Assembly: GCA_964534745.1 (NCBI GenBank)
Contig: CAZHQW010000009.1
Coordinates: 3,777 to 67,776, forward strand
Direction: 5' to 3'
DNA from: an uncultured Bacteroidales bacterium
GTDB lineage: Bacteria > Bacteroidota > Bacteroidia > Bacteroidales > UBA10428
Length of the DNA stretch: 64,000 nucleotides
The notes below the pieces were generated by a model. That model had not been told where the DNA came from. It did not search any database and saw only the letters and a program-made list of their open reading frames with translations. Positions 36,236 to 45,261 of this stretch are shown here, one piece after another (the first letter of the stretch is position 1; every line of letters starts with the position of its first letter). Position numbers and translations under genes: made by a program.

Positions 36236-37342
36236 CTACTCAATTTTTTCAGTCAGCTTTTTTACAACTTTAAATTTATTAAAAAATTCTTTGGCAAACA
36301 CCCTTAAAACAGTATAGCTTGGTATTGCAAGTATCATCCCCGGAATGCCGGCAAGGCTTCCTGCAATCATAATTATCAGCAGTATTTCCATAGGATGCGC
36401 ATTTACGCTGCTTGAATAGATAAAGGGCTGAAAAATAACATTATCAATAATCTGTACAATTACAAAGACAAGTATCATATATCCTATCAATGGCAACAGT
36501 CCGGAATAGAAATCCATATTGAGGTGAGTGGCAACACCCAACACTATGCCGAGTATGGAGCCCAGCAAAGGACCAAGATAAGGTATTACATTCAGGATTC
36601 CTGCAAGAAATCCGATAAGCAGGCTATGTTTGAATCCGATACCTACTATTGTGAGTCCTATGGTCACAAGTGTGATAACACCTGTTATCTGGCCTATAAT
36701 ACCTATAAAGTATCTCATCAATAATTTTTGCACGGATGACAAAGCATGCCTGAACGCAGTTACATGCTTGTCAGGTATAAGTAAAACTATAGTTTCTGTA
36801 AACATCTTTTCATCTTTCAGAAAGAAGAAAGTCATAAATGAAATTGCAAATACTGCAATGAAGATATTTCCCAGGAGGCTTGCTATTGTTGAAAATATAT
36901 TGGTAAACAGGGTTATATTTAAGACCGATGCTAATTTGTCAGTAAAATAATCCCTGACCGACATTTCCCCTGAGGATGACATTTTAAATTTGCTGATAAA
37001 TCTGTCAATCTTGTTTATAGGCTCATCAAGGTTATTTACTATTTGCTCTATATTTATTTTGGAAAACTCATTGGCCTGGTTTGCAACAAGCGGTACAAAT
37101 ATCCTGAAAAACGCAAAGAAAGCCGCCCATAACAATATTAATGTCAGAAGTGCACGCAGTGCTTTTGGTATTGCAACCCTGCCTATTCTTAGTTTACCGA
37201 GGAACGTAACAACAGGATGGCCTATTAATGAAAGTACAAGGGAAATAAATATGTAAGCGACAATACTTTTAAAAAACCAGAGTATAAATCCCAAAATTAT
37301 TATCCCTGCAATGATAAAAATGTATTTTGCTGTCTGGCTCAT
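36236..37342 (-). CDS. AI-2E family transporter (PerM-like permease)
   Basis: 368 aa, multi-TM, with NVIPYLGPLLG and a C-terminal GMILAIP pattern. Confidence 0.8.
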   Translation of the reverse strand: MSQTAKYIFIIAGIIILGFILWFFKSIVAYIFISLVLSLIGHPVVTFLGKLRIGRVAIPKALRALLTLILLWAAFFAFFRIFVPLVANQANEFSKINIEQIVNNLDEPINKIDRFISKFKMSSSGEMSVRDYFTDKLASVLNITLFTNIFSTIASLLGNIFIAVFAISFMTFFFLKDEKMFTETIVLLIPDKHVTAFRHALSSVQKLLMRYFIGIIGQITGVITLVTIGLTIVGIGFKHSLLIGFLAGILNVIPYLGPLLGSILGIVLGVATHLNMDFYSGLLPLIGYMILVFVIVQIIDNVIFQPFIYSSSVNAHPMEILLIIMIAGSLAGIPGMILAIPSYTVLRVFAKEFFNKFKVVKKLTEKIE

Positions 37343-37482
37343 AAGTTATTTACAAAGTGTTAAAAATACTAAATTTTGCTACGCTGGTTCTTGTTTATAA
37401 CCTAAAAGTAATCAACAGATGTAAATAACTTTAATTTTAGCATTTGCTATTATTAGGGCTACTTTATTAATTTTACATAATT

Positions 37483-38277
37483 ATGAAACAATATCTTGAT
37501 TTATTGGATCATGTTCTGAGAAACGGTACAGGAAAGAAAGACAGGACCGGCACAGGGACAATAAATATTTTTGGATACCAGATGAGGTTCAATTTTAATG
37601 ACGGATTTCCCCTGCTTACGACGAAAAAGCTGCATTTAAAATCTATTATACATGAATTATTGTGGTTCCTTAAAGGAGACACCAATATTAAGTACCTTAA
37701 TGACAACGGGGTAACAATATGGGATGAGTGGGCCGATGAAAAAGGGGACCTGGGACATATTTACGGCTACCAGTGGCGCTCCTGGCCAACATATGATGGC
37801 AGGTATATTGATCAGATATCGGGACTGATAGACTCGATACGCAATAATCCCGATTCCAGGCGCCATATAGTCAGTGCATGGAATGTCGGAGACCTGGGGA
37901 ATATGGCACTTCCTCCATGTCATGTGTTATTCCAGTTTTACGTTGAAAGGAATACTCTGTCCTGCCAGCTATATCAAAGAAGTGCCGACATATTCCTGGG
38001 CGTGCCATTTAATATTGCATCTTATTCACTTTTATTGCTCATGATAGCCCAGGTTACCGGACTCAACCCCGGGGAGTTTATTCATACGCTGGGTGATGCA
38101 CATGTATACTCAAATCATATTGAGCAGGTCAGATTGCAATTGTCCAGGGAACCCAGGAAACTGCCAACTATGAAGATTAATACACATATAAAGAGTATTT
38201 TTGATTTTAGATATGAGGATTTTACACTCGGGGATTATAATCCGCATCCGCATATAAAAGGGGATATATCAGTATAA
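37483..38277 (+). CDS. thyA: thymidylate synthase
   Basis: Contains MKQYLDLL..., DRTGTGT and [11 protein letters not shown] (catalytic Cys). 264 aa. Confidence 0.95.
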   Translation: MKQYLDLLDHVLRNGTGKKDRTGTGTINIFGYQMRFNFNDGFPLLTTKKLHLKSIIHELLWFLKGDTNIKYLNDNGVTIWDEWADEKGDLGHIYGYQWRSWPTYDGRYIDQISGLIDSIRNNPDSRRHIVSAWNVGDLGNMALPPCHVLFQFYVERNTLSCQLYQRSADIFLGVPFNIASYSLLLLMIAQVTGLNPGEFIHTLGDAHVYSNHIEQVRLQLSREPRKLPTMKINTHIKSIFDFRYEDFTLGDYNPHPHIKGDISV

Positions 38278-38285
38278 GGTTTTTT

Positions 38286-38774
38286 ATGAAGAGCATATCC
38301 ATAATAGTTGTTGTTACAGAAAATAATGTTATAGGAAAGGATAATAAACTGCTTTTGCATATGCCGGATGATATTAAAAGGTTTAAAAGAATTACACTCG
38401 GCCATACCGTCATAATGGGCAAAAGAACATATGAATCATTGCCTGGAGGAGCTTTGCCGGGAAGGAAAAACATAGTAATTTCAGATAACAGGGATGACCG
38501 GTTCAAAGGCTGTATAATGGCCTATTCTGTCGAGGATGCTATGGATAAATGTGATGATTCAAAAGAGAATTTCATAATAGGAGGAGGGACAATATATGCG
38601 CAGTTTATGAAATATGCGACAAAGCTGTATATAACCAGAGTGCACAAATCATTTGACGGTGATACCTTTTTCCCGGAACTTAATTACAATGAGTGGAAAG
38701 AGATTGAAAGGGAAGACCATAAAGATGAGGAAAGAGATTTTTCATATTCATATATTACCTATGTGAGAAAATAA
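38286..38774 (+). CDS. folA: dihydrofolate reductase
   Basis: Contains [40 protein letters not shown]-like motifs and GGGTIY. It starts 8 nt after thyA. Confidence 0.9.
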   Translation: [162 protein letters not shown]

Positions 38775-38783
38775 ACTTATACT

Positions 38784-38936
38784 ATTAAGAGAATAGCATT
38801 TATTACCGGTTTGATTCTGTTGTCATTTGCTGCAAAGCCACAGCAGGATAAAATTGTGGGACACTGGCTGACTACTGAAGGAGAATCACAGATAAGGATT
38901 TTCAGGGCTACCAATGGACAAGAGAACTGTCAGTGA
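38784..38936 (+). pseudogene. decayed or truncated DUF2147-like gene remnant (start codon position reads ATT)
   Basis: It translates to (I)KRIAFITGLILLSFAAKPQQDKIVGHWLTTEGESQIRIFRATNGQENCQ*. The signal peptide plus [IV]xGxWxT...IxIxxxxNG pattern matches DUF2147 N-termini, but there is no ATG and the frame stops after ~50 codons, whereas the family is ~140 aa. About 180 nt of non-coding DNA follows. Confidence 0.4.
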
Positions 38937-39114
38937 GGGAATAAAATGCACTAAAAAATGCTCATATTAAAAAAAAGCATATCACATATTTATCGGGTAT
39001 TTTTAATCACTTGTAATTAAAAATCACAAATTTATCAATAATAAAAAACAAACCGCCTGCATCTCCGTTTATTTGGTTGAAAACAAAACCTGATTAAGTC
39101 AACTTGAATAGACG

Positions 39115-39585
39115 ATGAAATACTTTTTTATTATATTCTGCGTACTATCTGCAGCGTGTTCCAGGGAGATAATCATTACTGAAGAAGATATAAAGCAGGA
39201 TCTTCTTTATGTTGCCAATGATATAAAACCATTCTCAGGGACTTGCAAAATATTATATAGCGATACTTCGATGTTGAAGGAGCTGTTTGAATTTGTTAAT
39301 GGTGTGATGGACGGGCGGTGTATCAGTTATTATGAAGACGGAAGTATTAAATGGAAGGGCAGCTATAAAAAGGGCAAGAGCTTCGGGAAATGGGAATACT
39401 GGGACAATAATGGGAACAAATATTGCGAAGCACATTTCGACAATGATTTATATAACGGTCCTTACAGGTCATGGTATGCAAACGGGCGGATAAAAGAGGC
39501 AGGCCAGTTTACAAAAAACATAAAGACAGGCAAATGGATTGTATATGATAATATGGGAAATGTTATCAGAATGTCTGTTTATTAA
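39115..39585 (+). CDS. MORN-variant repeat lipoprotein (YwqK-family annotation class)
   Basis: Lipobox is VLSAAC|S. It carries repeats of the G.W..Y..NG form (GKWEYWDNNGN, GPYRSWYANGR, GKWIVYDNMGN). Confidence 0.7.
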   Translation: MKYFFIIFCVLSAACSREIIITEEDIKQDLLYVANDIKPFSGTCKILYSDTSMLKELFEFVNGVMDGRCISYYEDGSIKWKGSYKKGKSFGKWEYWDNNGNKYCEAHFDNDLYNGPYRSWYANGRIKEAGQFTKNIKTGKWIVYDNMGNVIRMSVY

Positions 39586-39653
39586 TTCCGGCGTTTAAAA
39601 TCCTACAGTCAAAAATTTGGGTAAATTTACAGGAGTAATAAAACATTATTCAA

Positions 39654-40172
39654 ATGGAATTTTATGACCTGGTAAAAACCCGCGAGAGCATAAGGGAATA
39701 TGATTCCACGAGGCCCGTAGAAAAGGAAAAGCTAATAAGAATACTTGATGCAGGCAGGCTGGCACCCTCTGCAGCGAACAGGCAGCCATGGCGTTTTCTG
39801 GTTGTTTCATCGGAACGGATGCTAAAAAAGGTAACAGCCTGCTATCACCGTGACTGGTTCAGCAGGGCGCCTCATATTCTGGTTGTTGCAGGCCGAAAGG
39901 CTGATGCCTGGGTAAGGCAGTATGACGGGTATAATTCGCTGGAAACAGACCTTACAATAGCCATGGATCATATGATACTGGCCGCCGAGAATGAGGGTAT
40001 CGGAGCCTGCTGGATTGCAGCATTCGACCCTGAAATACTTAGAGATGCATTATCTTTAAAGCGTGATGAGATAGTATATGCAATCACTCCATTAGGGTAT
40101 CCACCTCAGGGATTCAGAAAAAAAGGGCATAAAGAAAGAAAATCGCTGGAAAATATCGTGACCTTTCTTTGA
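39654..40172 (+). CDS. nitroreductase family protein
   Basis: Contains RESIREYDSTRPV...LDAGRLAPSAANRQPWRFLVV. 172 aa. Confidence 0.8.
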   Translation: MEFYDLVKTRESIREYDSTRPVEKEKLIRILDAGRLAPSAANRQPWRFLVVSSERMLKKVTACYHRDWFSRAPHILVVAGRKADAWVRQYDGYNSLETDLTIAMDHMILAAENEGIGACWIAAFDPEILRDALSLKRDEIVYAITPLGYPPQGFRKKGHKERKSLENIVTFL

Positions 40173-40181
40173 AGTACGGGA

Positions 40182-42821
40182 TTAGTTATCTGTACCCGGT
40201 AACAGCAGGGCATTAAAAAGAAGTTTGTAGGTGCCCGGAGTTGAAGCCCTGAACTGAGGCTGGAACCCTGAGAGCACCAGTTGTCCCTTTCCTTTTTTCA
40301 GCCATACCATTATCGGTTTATTGGCAATAAGCTCTTCATTCTCAGCATAACCGCTCAATACTATGTTCTCTTCAGGTAAAGATGCTATTACCCTCCTGTC
40401 CATATCAAACCATGGTATTGAAGTCTTTAATACGGGATTACACCTTGAAAATGCACCTGCATAAGCAGGCATTCCATAAGCCAGGGGGTGATCATTATTC
40501 AGCTTTATTTTCAGTAATGAGCCCGGACAAAACAATCCCTGCTTCTGAAGATTTTCGGAGATATCACTAACAGGTAACTGGAATTCTTCTTTTTCGCCAT
40601 TTTTCCCGGTCATTGTCAGAGAGCCTGTAAAAAGTCCCGCAGATCTGCCCCATGAAATAACCATGCCTCCTTCATTTATGAAATTCATCAGCTTGTCTAT
40701 GCCTTCATCACCCATACCCCTGGTATAATCGGGTGGATAAGTATAAGTTGCGTTCCATGTCTGGGGGGCTTTCGGTTTACCTTCCTTTAATAATTCATCA
40801 TCCATATCAGGAAAGACAAGGACGTCGAATTCATCCGGAAGGCCTTTCGTTGCTATTTCCGAAGGCCTTAATACTTTATAGTTAATGTTATAACTGTCAA
40901 ATATGAACCTGGTCCAGCCGGCATCCATATCATGGAAGTAAGATTCTACCAGTCCGATACGTGGCATTTTAACTTTCTCAGTTCCTGTGGTGACAGCTGA
41001 TTTTATAAATTCAGGGGTTATATTAAGCTCATTAATGATCTTGCCAATCTTTTCCCCGGTGCTTTTATCATAATATATTATAAAACTTCCGGGCATTATT
41101 TTTTTACCCTCGATATTAATTGTATCGGTCAGCCTTTCGACTTCGATCTTATTATTCAGGGCTTTGAATGCTGCCCTGTAGCTTTCATTATACTGTGCAG
41201 GAAGAATGACAGCAGTATAATCATCAGGAACCGGATTACTTATTTCTATTGGCAGCTCTAACCTTACCAGCGATTTATTCAAATCTTCAGAGTAAGTATT
41301 AAGTTCAATTATCTTCACACCCCTGTGGAGAGGCAACGACCAGCTTGTAATGTCATAGGGCCTCATTATTTCGCCTCCAGGAGTATAATGTCTTACAGGG
41401 TAGGCCTGTTTTTTAAGCACCTCAATCAGAAATGCCCTGAATGGCTGGGAGAGAGGCACTACATAACAGCTTTCGGTAAGGTTTACGCCTTCTATAGTAG
41501 AGGGTACGGACGGTTTATATACATTTATTCCGTGTTCATCAAGCAGATTGATAAGGTTAACCAGCTCCCCGGGATCATGCTGTTCGGTTGGAAACACAAA
41601 ATAGTAAGGGGCTTCTGTCTTACCATTTCGGACCTCAATCTGGCACAGGTCATTTTTGAATTTTAAAATTTCCTTTTTATAAATAGCGGCAGTCTTAATA
41701 ATTGAATAAAATGAAGATATTTCATACTGCACTATATCACTAAGTTTCCACCACCCTCCTTCCCATGGGAGAGGCATATTAATGCTCTTTTTGTATTCAG
41801 ACAGTCCCTTACCCAATACCTGCAGCTCATCGGGCTCAATAAACACAGGTGTGGCATATTTTACACTTGCACATTCGGTGAAGAGTCCGATTACATTCTT
41901 ATATGAAGCCGTGCATGTAGATCCGGGCCAGTAATCATCTATTAAATAATGTTGTGATACTCCGGCAAGGCCTTTCTCGGTCATATCCTTGGCCATGGCA
42001 GATCCCAGGAGCCAGGTCCAGCTCCATAGCTGTTCGTTAATATTCTCGGTAATAGGATCATGTACGGGCTGAACAAGGTACCGGGGACCGTTAAAGTACA
42101 TCTGGTGTTTTTCAATAAGCACATGGGGAAACCATGTTTTATTGTATAACTTGGCGATGGCCTTATTATCGCTCTGGGTGAGGCTGACAAAATCCCTGTT
42201 ATTGTCGTGGCCCGTATACTTATGATATATGCCGGGCATTGTACTTCCCTCGTAGGTGGTGTTTTTATATTTATTGTAATGGTCAACAACCATATCCAGT
42301 CCGTCCGGATTATGGCAGGGAACCATCATAAGTACCACTTCGTCAAGGTACCTGAGCAGTTCGGGATCATCTGTCTCCGCTATTTCATATGCCAGCAGGG
42401 GAGCGCTTTGGGTCGGACCTACCTCGTTTGAATGCATGGAAAGGGTAGTTAAGATAAAGACCTTTCCTTCCTGCATATATTTTGCTTTTTCTTCAGGATC
42501 AATATTAGCATTAAGAGTAAGTTCCTCGTTAATTTGCCTTAATGATTCAAGATTTTTTATATTCTCTTCAGATGATAAGAAGACTACATACATTTTATTT
42601 CCCATTGGTGATTCGCCTATTTCCATCATTTTCACTCTTGGCGATGCTTCATCAATTTTTTTAAGATAGTCTGTCAATGGCTGGTATTTAATTAACATTT
42701 TCTCATCTCCGGGCCGGAAACCAAAGAATTTCTCAGGGGCTATTATTCCATTTTTCCCCTGGCAGTATAAGCCGGACAGAAAAAAATAACAGCTGACGGC
42801 TATAGCAAAAGACTTTTTCAT
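40182..42821 (-). CDS. M14 family zinc carboxypeptidase-like protein with a large C-terminal extension
   Basis: Signal peptide present. The HxxE zinc site is in LSMHSNEVGPTQS, followed by VPCHNPDGLD. 879 aa. Confidence 0.75.
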   Translation of the reverse strand: MKKSFAIAVSCYFFLSGLYCQGKNGIIAPEKFFGFRPGDEKMLIKYQPLTDYLKKIDEASPRVKMMEIGESPMGNKMYVVFLSSEENIKNLESLRQINEELTLNANIDPEEKAKYMQEGKVFILTTLSMHSNEVGPTQSAPLLAYEIAETDDPELLRYLDEVVLMMVPCHNPDGLDMVVDHYNKYKNTTYEGSTMPGIYHKYTGHDNNRDFVSLTQSDNKAIAKLYNKTWFPHVLIEKHQMYFNGPRYLVQPVHDPITENINEQLWSWTWLLGSAMAKDMTEKGLAGVSQHYLIDDYWPGSTCTASYKNVIGLFTECASVKYATPVFIEPDELQVLGKGLSEYKKSINMPLPWEGGWWKLSDIVQYEISSFYSIIKTAAIYKKEILKFKNDLCQIEVRNGKTEAPYYFVFPTEQHDPGELVNLINLLDEHGINVYKPSVPSTIEGVNLTESCYVVPLSQPFRAFLIEVLKKQAYPVRHYTPGGEIMRPYDITSWSLPLHRGVKIIELNTYSEDLNKSLVRLELPIEISNPVPDDYTAVILPAQYNESYRAAFKALNNKIEVERLTDTINIEGKKIMPGSFIIYYDKSTGEKIGKIINELNITPEFIKSAVTTGTEKVKMPRIGLVESYFHDMDAGWTRFIFDSYNINYKVLRPSEIATKGLPDEFDVLVFPDMDDELLKEGKPKAPQTWNATYTYPPDYTRGMGDEGIDKLMNFINEGGMVISWGRSAGLFTGSLTMTGKNGEKEEFQLPVSDISENLQKQGLFCPGSLLKIKLNNDHPLAYGMPAYAGAFSRCNPVLKTSIPWFDMDRRVIASLPEENIVLSGYAENEELIANKPIMVWLKKGKGQLVLSGFQPQFRASTPGTYKLLFNALLLPGTDN

Positions 42822-42860
42822 TTTTTTACTTATTTAGACATATTTTTCAAAAATAGTCAA

Positions 42861-44921
42861 TTAATAAATATGATGCTGGTTTTTTAGCTTGAGGTGTACC
42901 GTATTCCTGTGTATTCCCAGATATTCTGCCGCATTGGTCCGGTTATTATTTGAGTTGACAAGTGCAAATTCTATCATGTACTTCTCTATCCTGTTTATTA
43001 AAGTCTTATATATTTTACCTTTTTCAATTGCCCTGATTTCATTTTCAACCAGTTGTTTTAAGAGGTCTTCATTATCTTGTGCAATAAACAGGGCCATATC
43101 TTCAGGCAAATCGCGGATATCAATAATCCTCTCACTCGTTAGTATTACTGCCCTCTCAATGATATTCTCAAGTTCCCTCACGTTGCCTGGCCATTTATAA
43201 TTCATCAGGACATTCCTGCATGCAGAAGTAATCCCTTCAATATCCTTATTATATTTTTTATTGTATATATTGATAAAATGTTCTATAAAAAGGGGGATAT
43301 CGTCCTTTCTTTCTTCGAGGGGAGGGATATCAATATTAATAACATTCAGCCTGTAGTACAGATCTTCCCTGAACTTATTTTCAGCAGTAAGTTTTTTGAG
43401 ATTTTTATTGGTGGCTGCAATTATTCTGACATCTACCCTGATGCTTTTTTCGCTTCCCAGGGGTTCTATCGTTCTTTCCTGCAATACTCTCAGTATCTTG
43501 GCCTGGAGATTAAGATCAAGATCCCCTATCTCGTCAAAGAATATTGTCCCGTTGTTGGCAAGAACGAATTTTCCGTTTTTGTCTTTTGCAGCATCAGTAA
43601 AAGCTCCCTTTTTATAGCCGAAAAGCTCCGACTCGAGAAGATTTTCAGGAATAGCTGCACAATTAATGCTTATAAACTGATTCCCCGCTCTTTTACTCTT
43701 ATTATGAATTAGCCTGGCAATTATTTCTTTGCCTGCTCCTGTGGGACCTGTGATCAGTGCCGTGGCATCTGTGGCTGCAATAACATCGACTGTCTCAAGT
43801 ATTTTCAGGATTCTTTTATTTTTGCCCACAAAGACTATATTGCTCTCTTTTTCCATCAGTTTTTTCCTGAGTTCAATATTCTTCTTTAACAGGATTTCTT
43901 TTTCCCGTTTTGAAATGACATAGTTATATACTTTATTTGAAACAATTGTTGAAATCAAAGTAATAGTCTCAAATGTGCTTTCAAAATCTTCATCAGATAT
44001 ATATTCTTTTTCAATACTAAGCACACCAACGGTTTTATCTTCGTATTTAATGGGAACTGCAAAAAATGAGTTCTTTTCTCCTGTGCCCCTTCTTATTTTC
44101 ATCCTATTGAGAAAGTCTATGCTTTTTGTGATGTCTCTGATTTTTATCCCGTTTCCATATTTAAAAACCTTGCCAACAACACCTTCTCCTATCTGGTATA
44201 CGCCCCTTTTTATTGCATCTTCACTTAATCCGTATCCTTTAAAGGCTTTCAATTTTTCGTGCCTGTCAAGAAGTACTATAGAACCTCTTTTTATGTTCAT
44301 GACTTTTGAAATATAATCCATGATCTTCTCAAAGATGTTCTCAAGCTGGAACTCATGTGCAAGTATATCCGCAACTTTAAGAAGCAGGTTCTGCCTTTCA
44401 ATTTTATTTTTGAGGCTTTCTATTAAATTGGCTTTTTGTAAAATCTGTACTGCAAAGGATGATATTGTTTCGAGCAGGTTCAGGTGCTCGCTGGTAAATG
44501 CATTTAATTTATTGCTGTCAACACTTATTACCCCAATTGTTACGTTTTCAAGCCTGAGAGGCACGGCGAGTTCGGATTTCAGGTCTTTTCTGACCCTTAT
44601 GTAGTATTTTATACTGTCAACGTTATTTACCAGCAGGGGCATGCCCGATTCCGCTACACGACCCGTTACACCTTCTCCCGGACCCAGTTTTATTTTTGAT
44701 ATTCTGGAAGGATTCAGTCCCCTGAATACTTTTAATTCCAGAATATTTGTATCCGGATTTATAATTCTTATGCTTCCTGTCGATGCCCCTGTAATCTCGA
44801 TACACTTATCAATTAGATAGTTCAGGAGTTCATTCGGGGAAATGGCAGAGTTGATTATCTCGAGGATATCTTCAAGAATCTGTAATTTATAGGTATTGGT
44901 TACTTTTAAATTGTCGCTCAT
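42861..44921 (-). CDS. sigma-54-dependent transcriptional activator, GAF-GAF-AAA+-HTH architecture
   Basis: Two GAF-like N-terminal modules are present. Walker A is LITGPTGAGKEIIARLIH, the GAFTGA-type loop is ESELFGYKKGAFTDA, followed by VRIIAATN. The C-terminal Fis-type HTH is NRTNAAEYLGIHRNTVHLKLK. Confidence 0.9.
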   Translation of the reverse strand: MSDNLKVTNTYKLQILEDILEIINSAISPNELLNYLIDKCIEITGASTGSIRIINPDTNILELKVFRGLNPSRISKIKLGPGEGVTGRVAESGMPLLVNNVDSIKYYIRVRKDLKSELAVPLRLENVTIGVISVDSNKLNAFTSEHLNLLETISSFAVQILQKANLIESLKNKIERQNLLLKVADILAHEFQLENIFEKIMDYISKVMNIKRGSIVLLDRHEKLKAFKGYGLSEDAIKRGVYQIGEGVVGKVFKYGNGIKIRDITKSIDFLNRMKIRRGTGEKNSFFAVPIKYEDKTVGVLSIEKEYISDEDFESTFETITLISTIVSNKVYNYVISKREKEILLKKNIELRKKLMEKESNIVFVGKNKRILKILETVDVIAATDATALITGPTGAGKEIIARLIHNKSKRAGNQFISINCAAIPENLLESELFGYKKGAFTDAAKDKNGKFVLANNGTIFFDEIGDLDLNLQAKILRVLQERTIEPLGSEKSIRVDVRIIAATNKNLKKLTAENKFREDLYYRLNVINIDIPPLEERKDDIPLFIEHFINIYNKKYNKDIEGITSACRNVLMNYKWPGNVRELENIIERAVILTSERIIDIRDLPEDMALFIAQDNEDLLKQLVENEIRAIEKGKIYKTLINRIEKYMIEFALVNSNNNRTNAAEYLGIHRNTVHLKLKNQHHIY

Positions 44922-44964
44922 GATATACAGAGATTTTTTTGAATATTTAATTTAAATGACCAAA

Positions 44965-44976
44965 ATATGTGCATAT
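44965..44976. promoter_or_regulatory. short palindrome ATATG-TG-CATAT, candidate activator half-UAS
   Basis: 5-bp inverted arms with a 2-nt spacer, read directly from the sequence. It shares a TG(T/C)GCA-type core with the palindrome 29 bp downstream. Confidence 0.25.
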
Positions 44977-44991
44977 AAACATAGAAATACA

Positions 44992-45007
44992 ATATTTGCA
45001 CAAATAT
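44992..45007. promoter_or_regulatory. perfect 16-bp palindrome ATATTTG-CA-CAAATAT, candidate enhancer (UAS) for the adjacent sigma-54 activator
   Basis: 7-bp perfect inverted arms lie ~140 bp upstream of the -24 element at 45145-45159, in the divergent intergenic region. Confidence 0.35.
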
Positions 45008-45144
45008 AGTGCTTTTTTTGTTTAATAAAAAGATTACTCCCTGCAAAAATGTATTTATTTTAACTTGTTTAACCGTCTAAAAATAAGCTATTTACAAAAC
45101 AGATGCCTGATAAATTTCATATGGGCCCTTAATATATGCAGATT

Positions 45145-45159
45145 TGGTACAGTAATTGC
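45145..45159 (+). promoter_or_regulatory. sigma-54 (-24/-12) promoter
   Basis: TGGTACAGTAATTGC matches the consensus TGGCAC-N5-TTGC in 9 of the 10 specified positions, with exact GG/GC spacing. It lies ~100 nt upstream of the ATG at 45262 and beside a divergent sigma-54 activator gene. Confidence 0.6.
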
Positions 45160-45261
45160 CGGTAATTAAAGATTAAGAATACCAAAATATATAAAAATCA
45201 AAATTATAATAACCGTAGATTGAAATAGTATTTCTTTTTTTGCAGAGCTAAATAATATATA

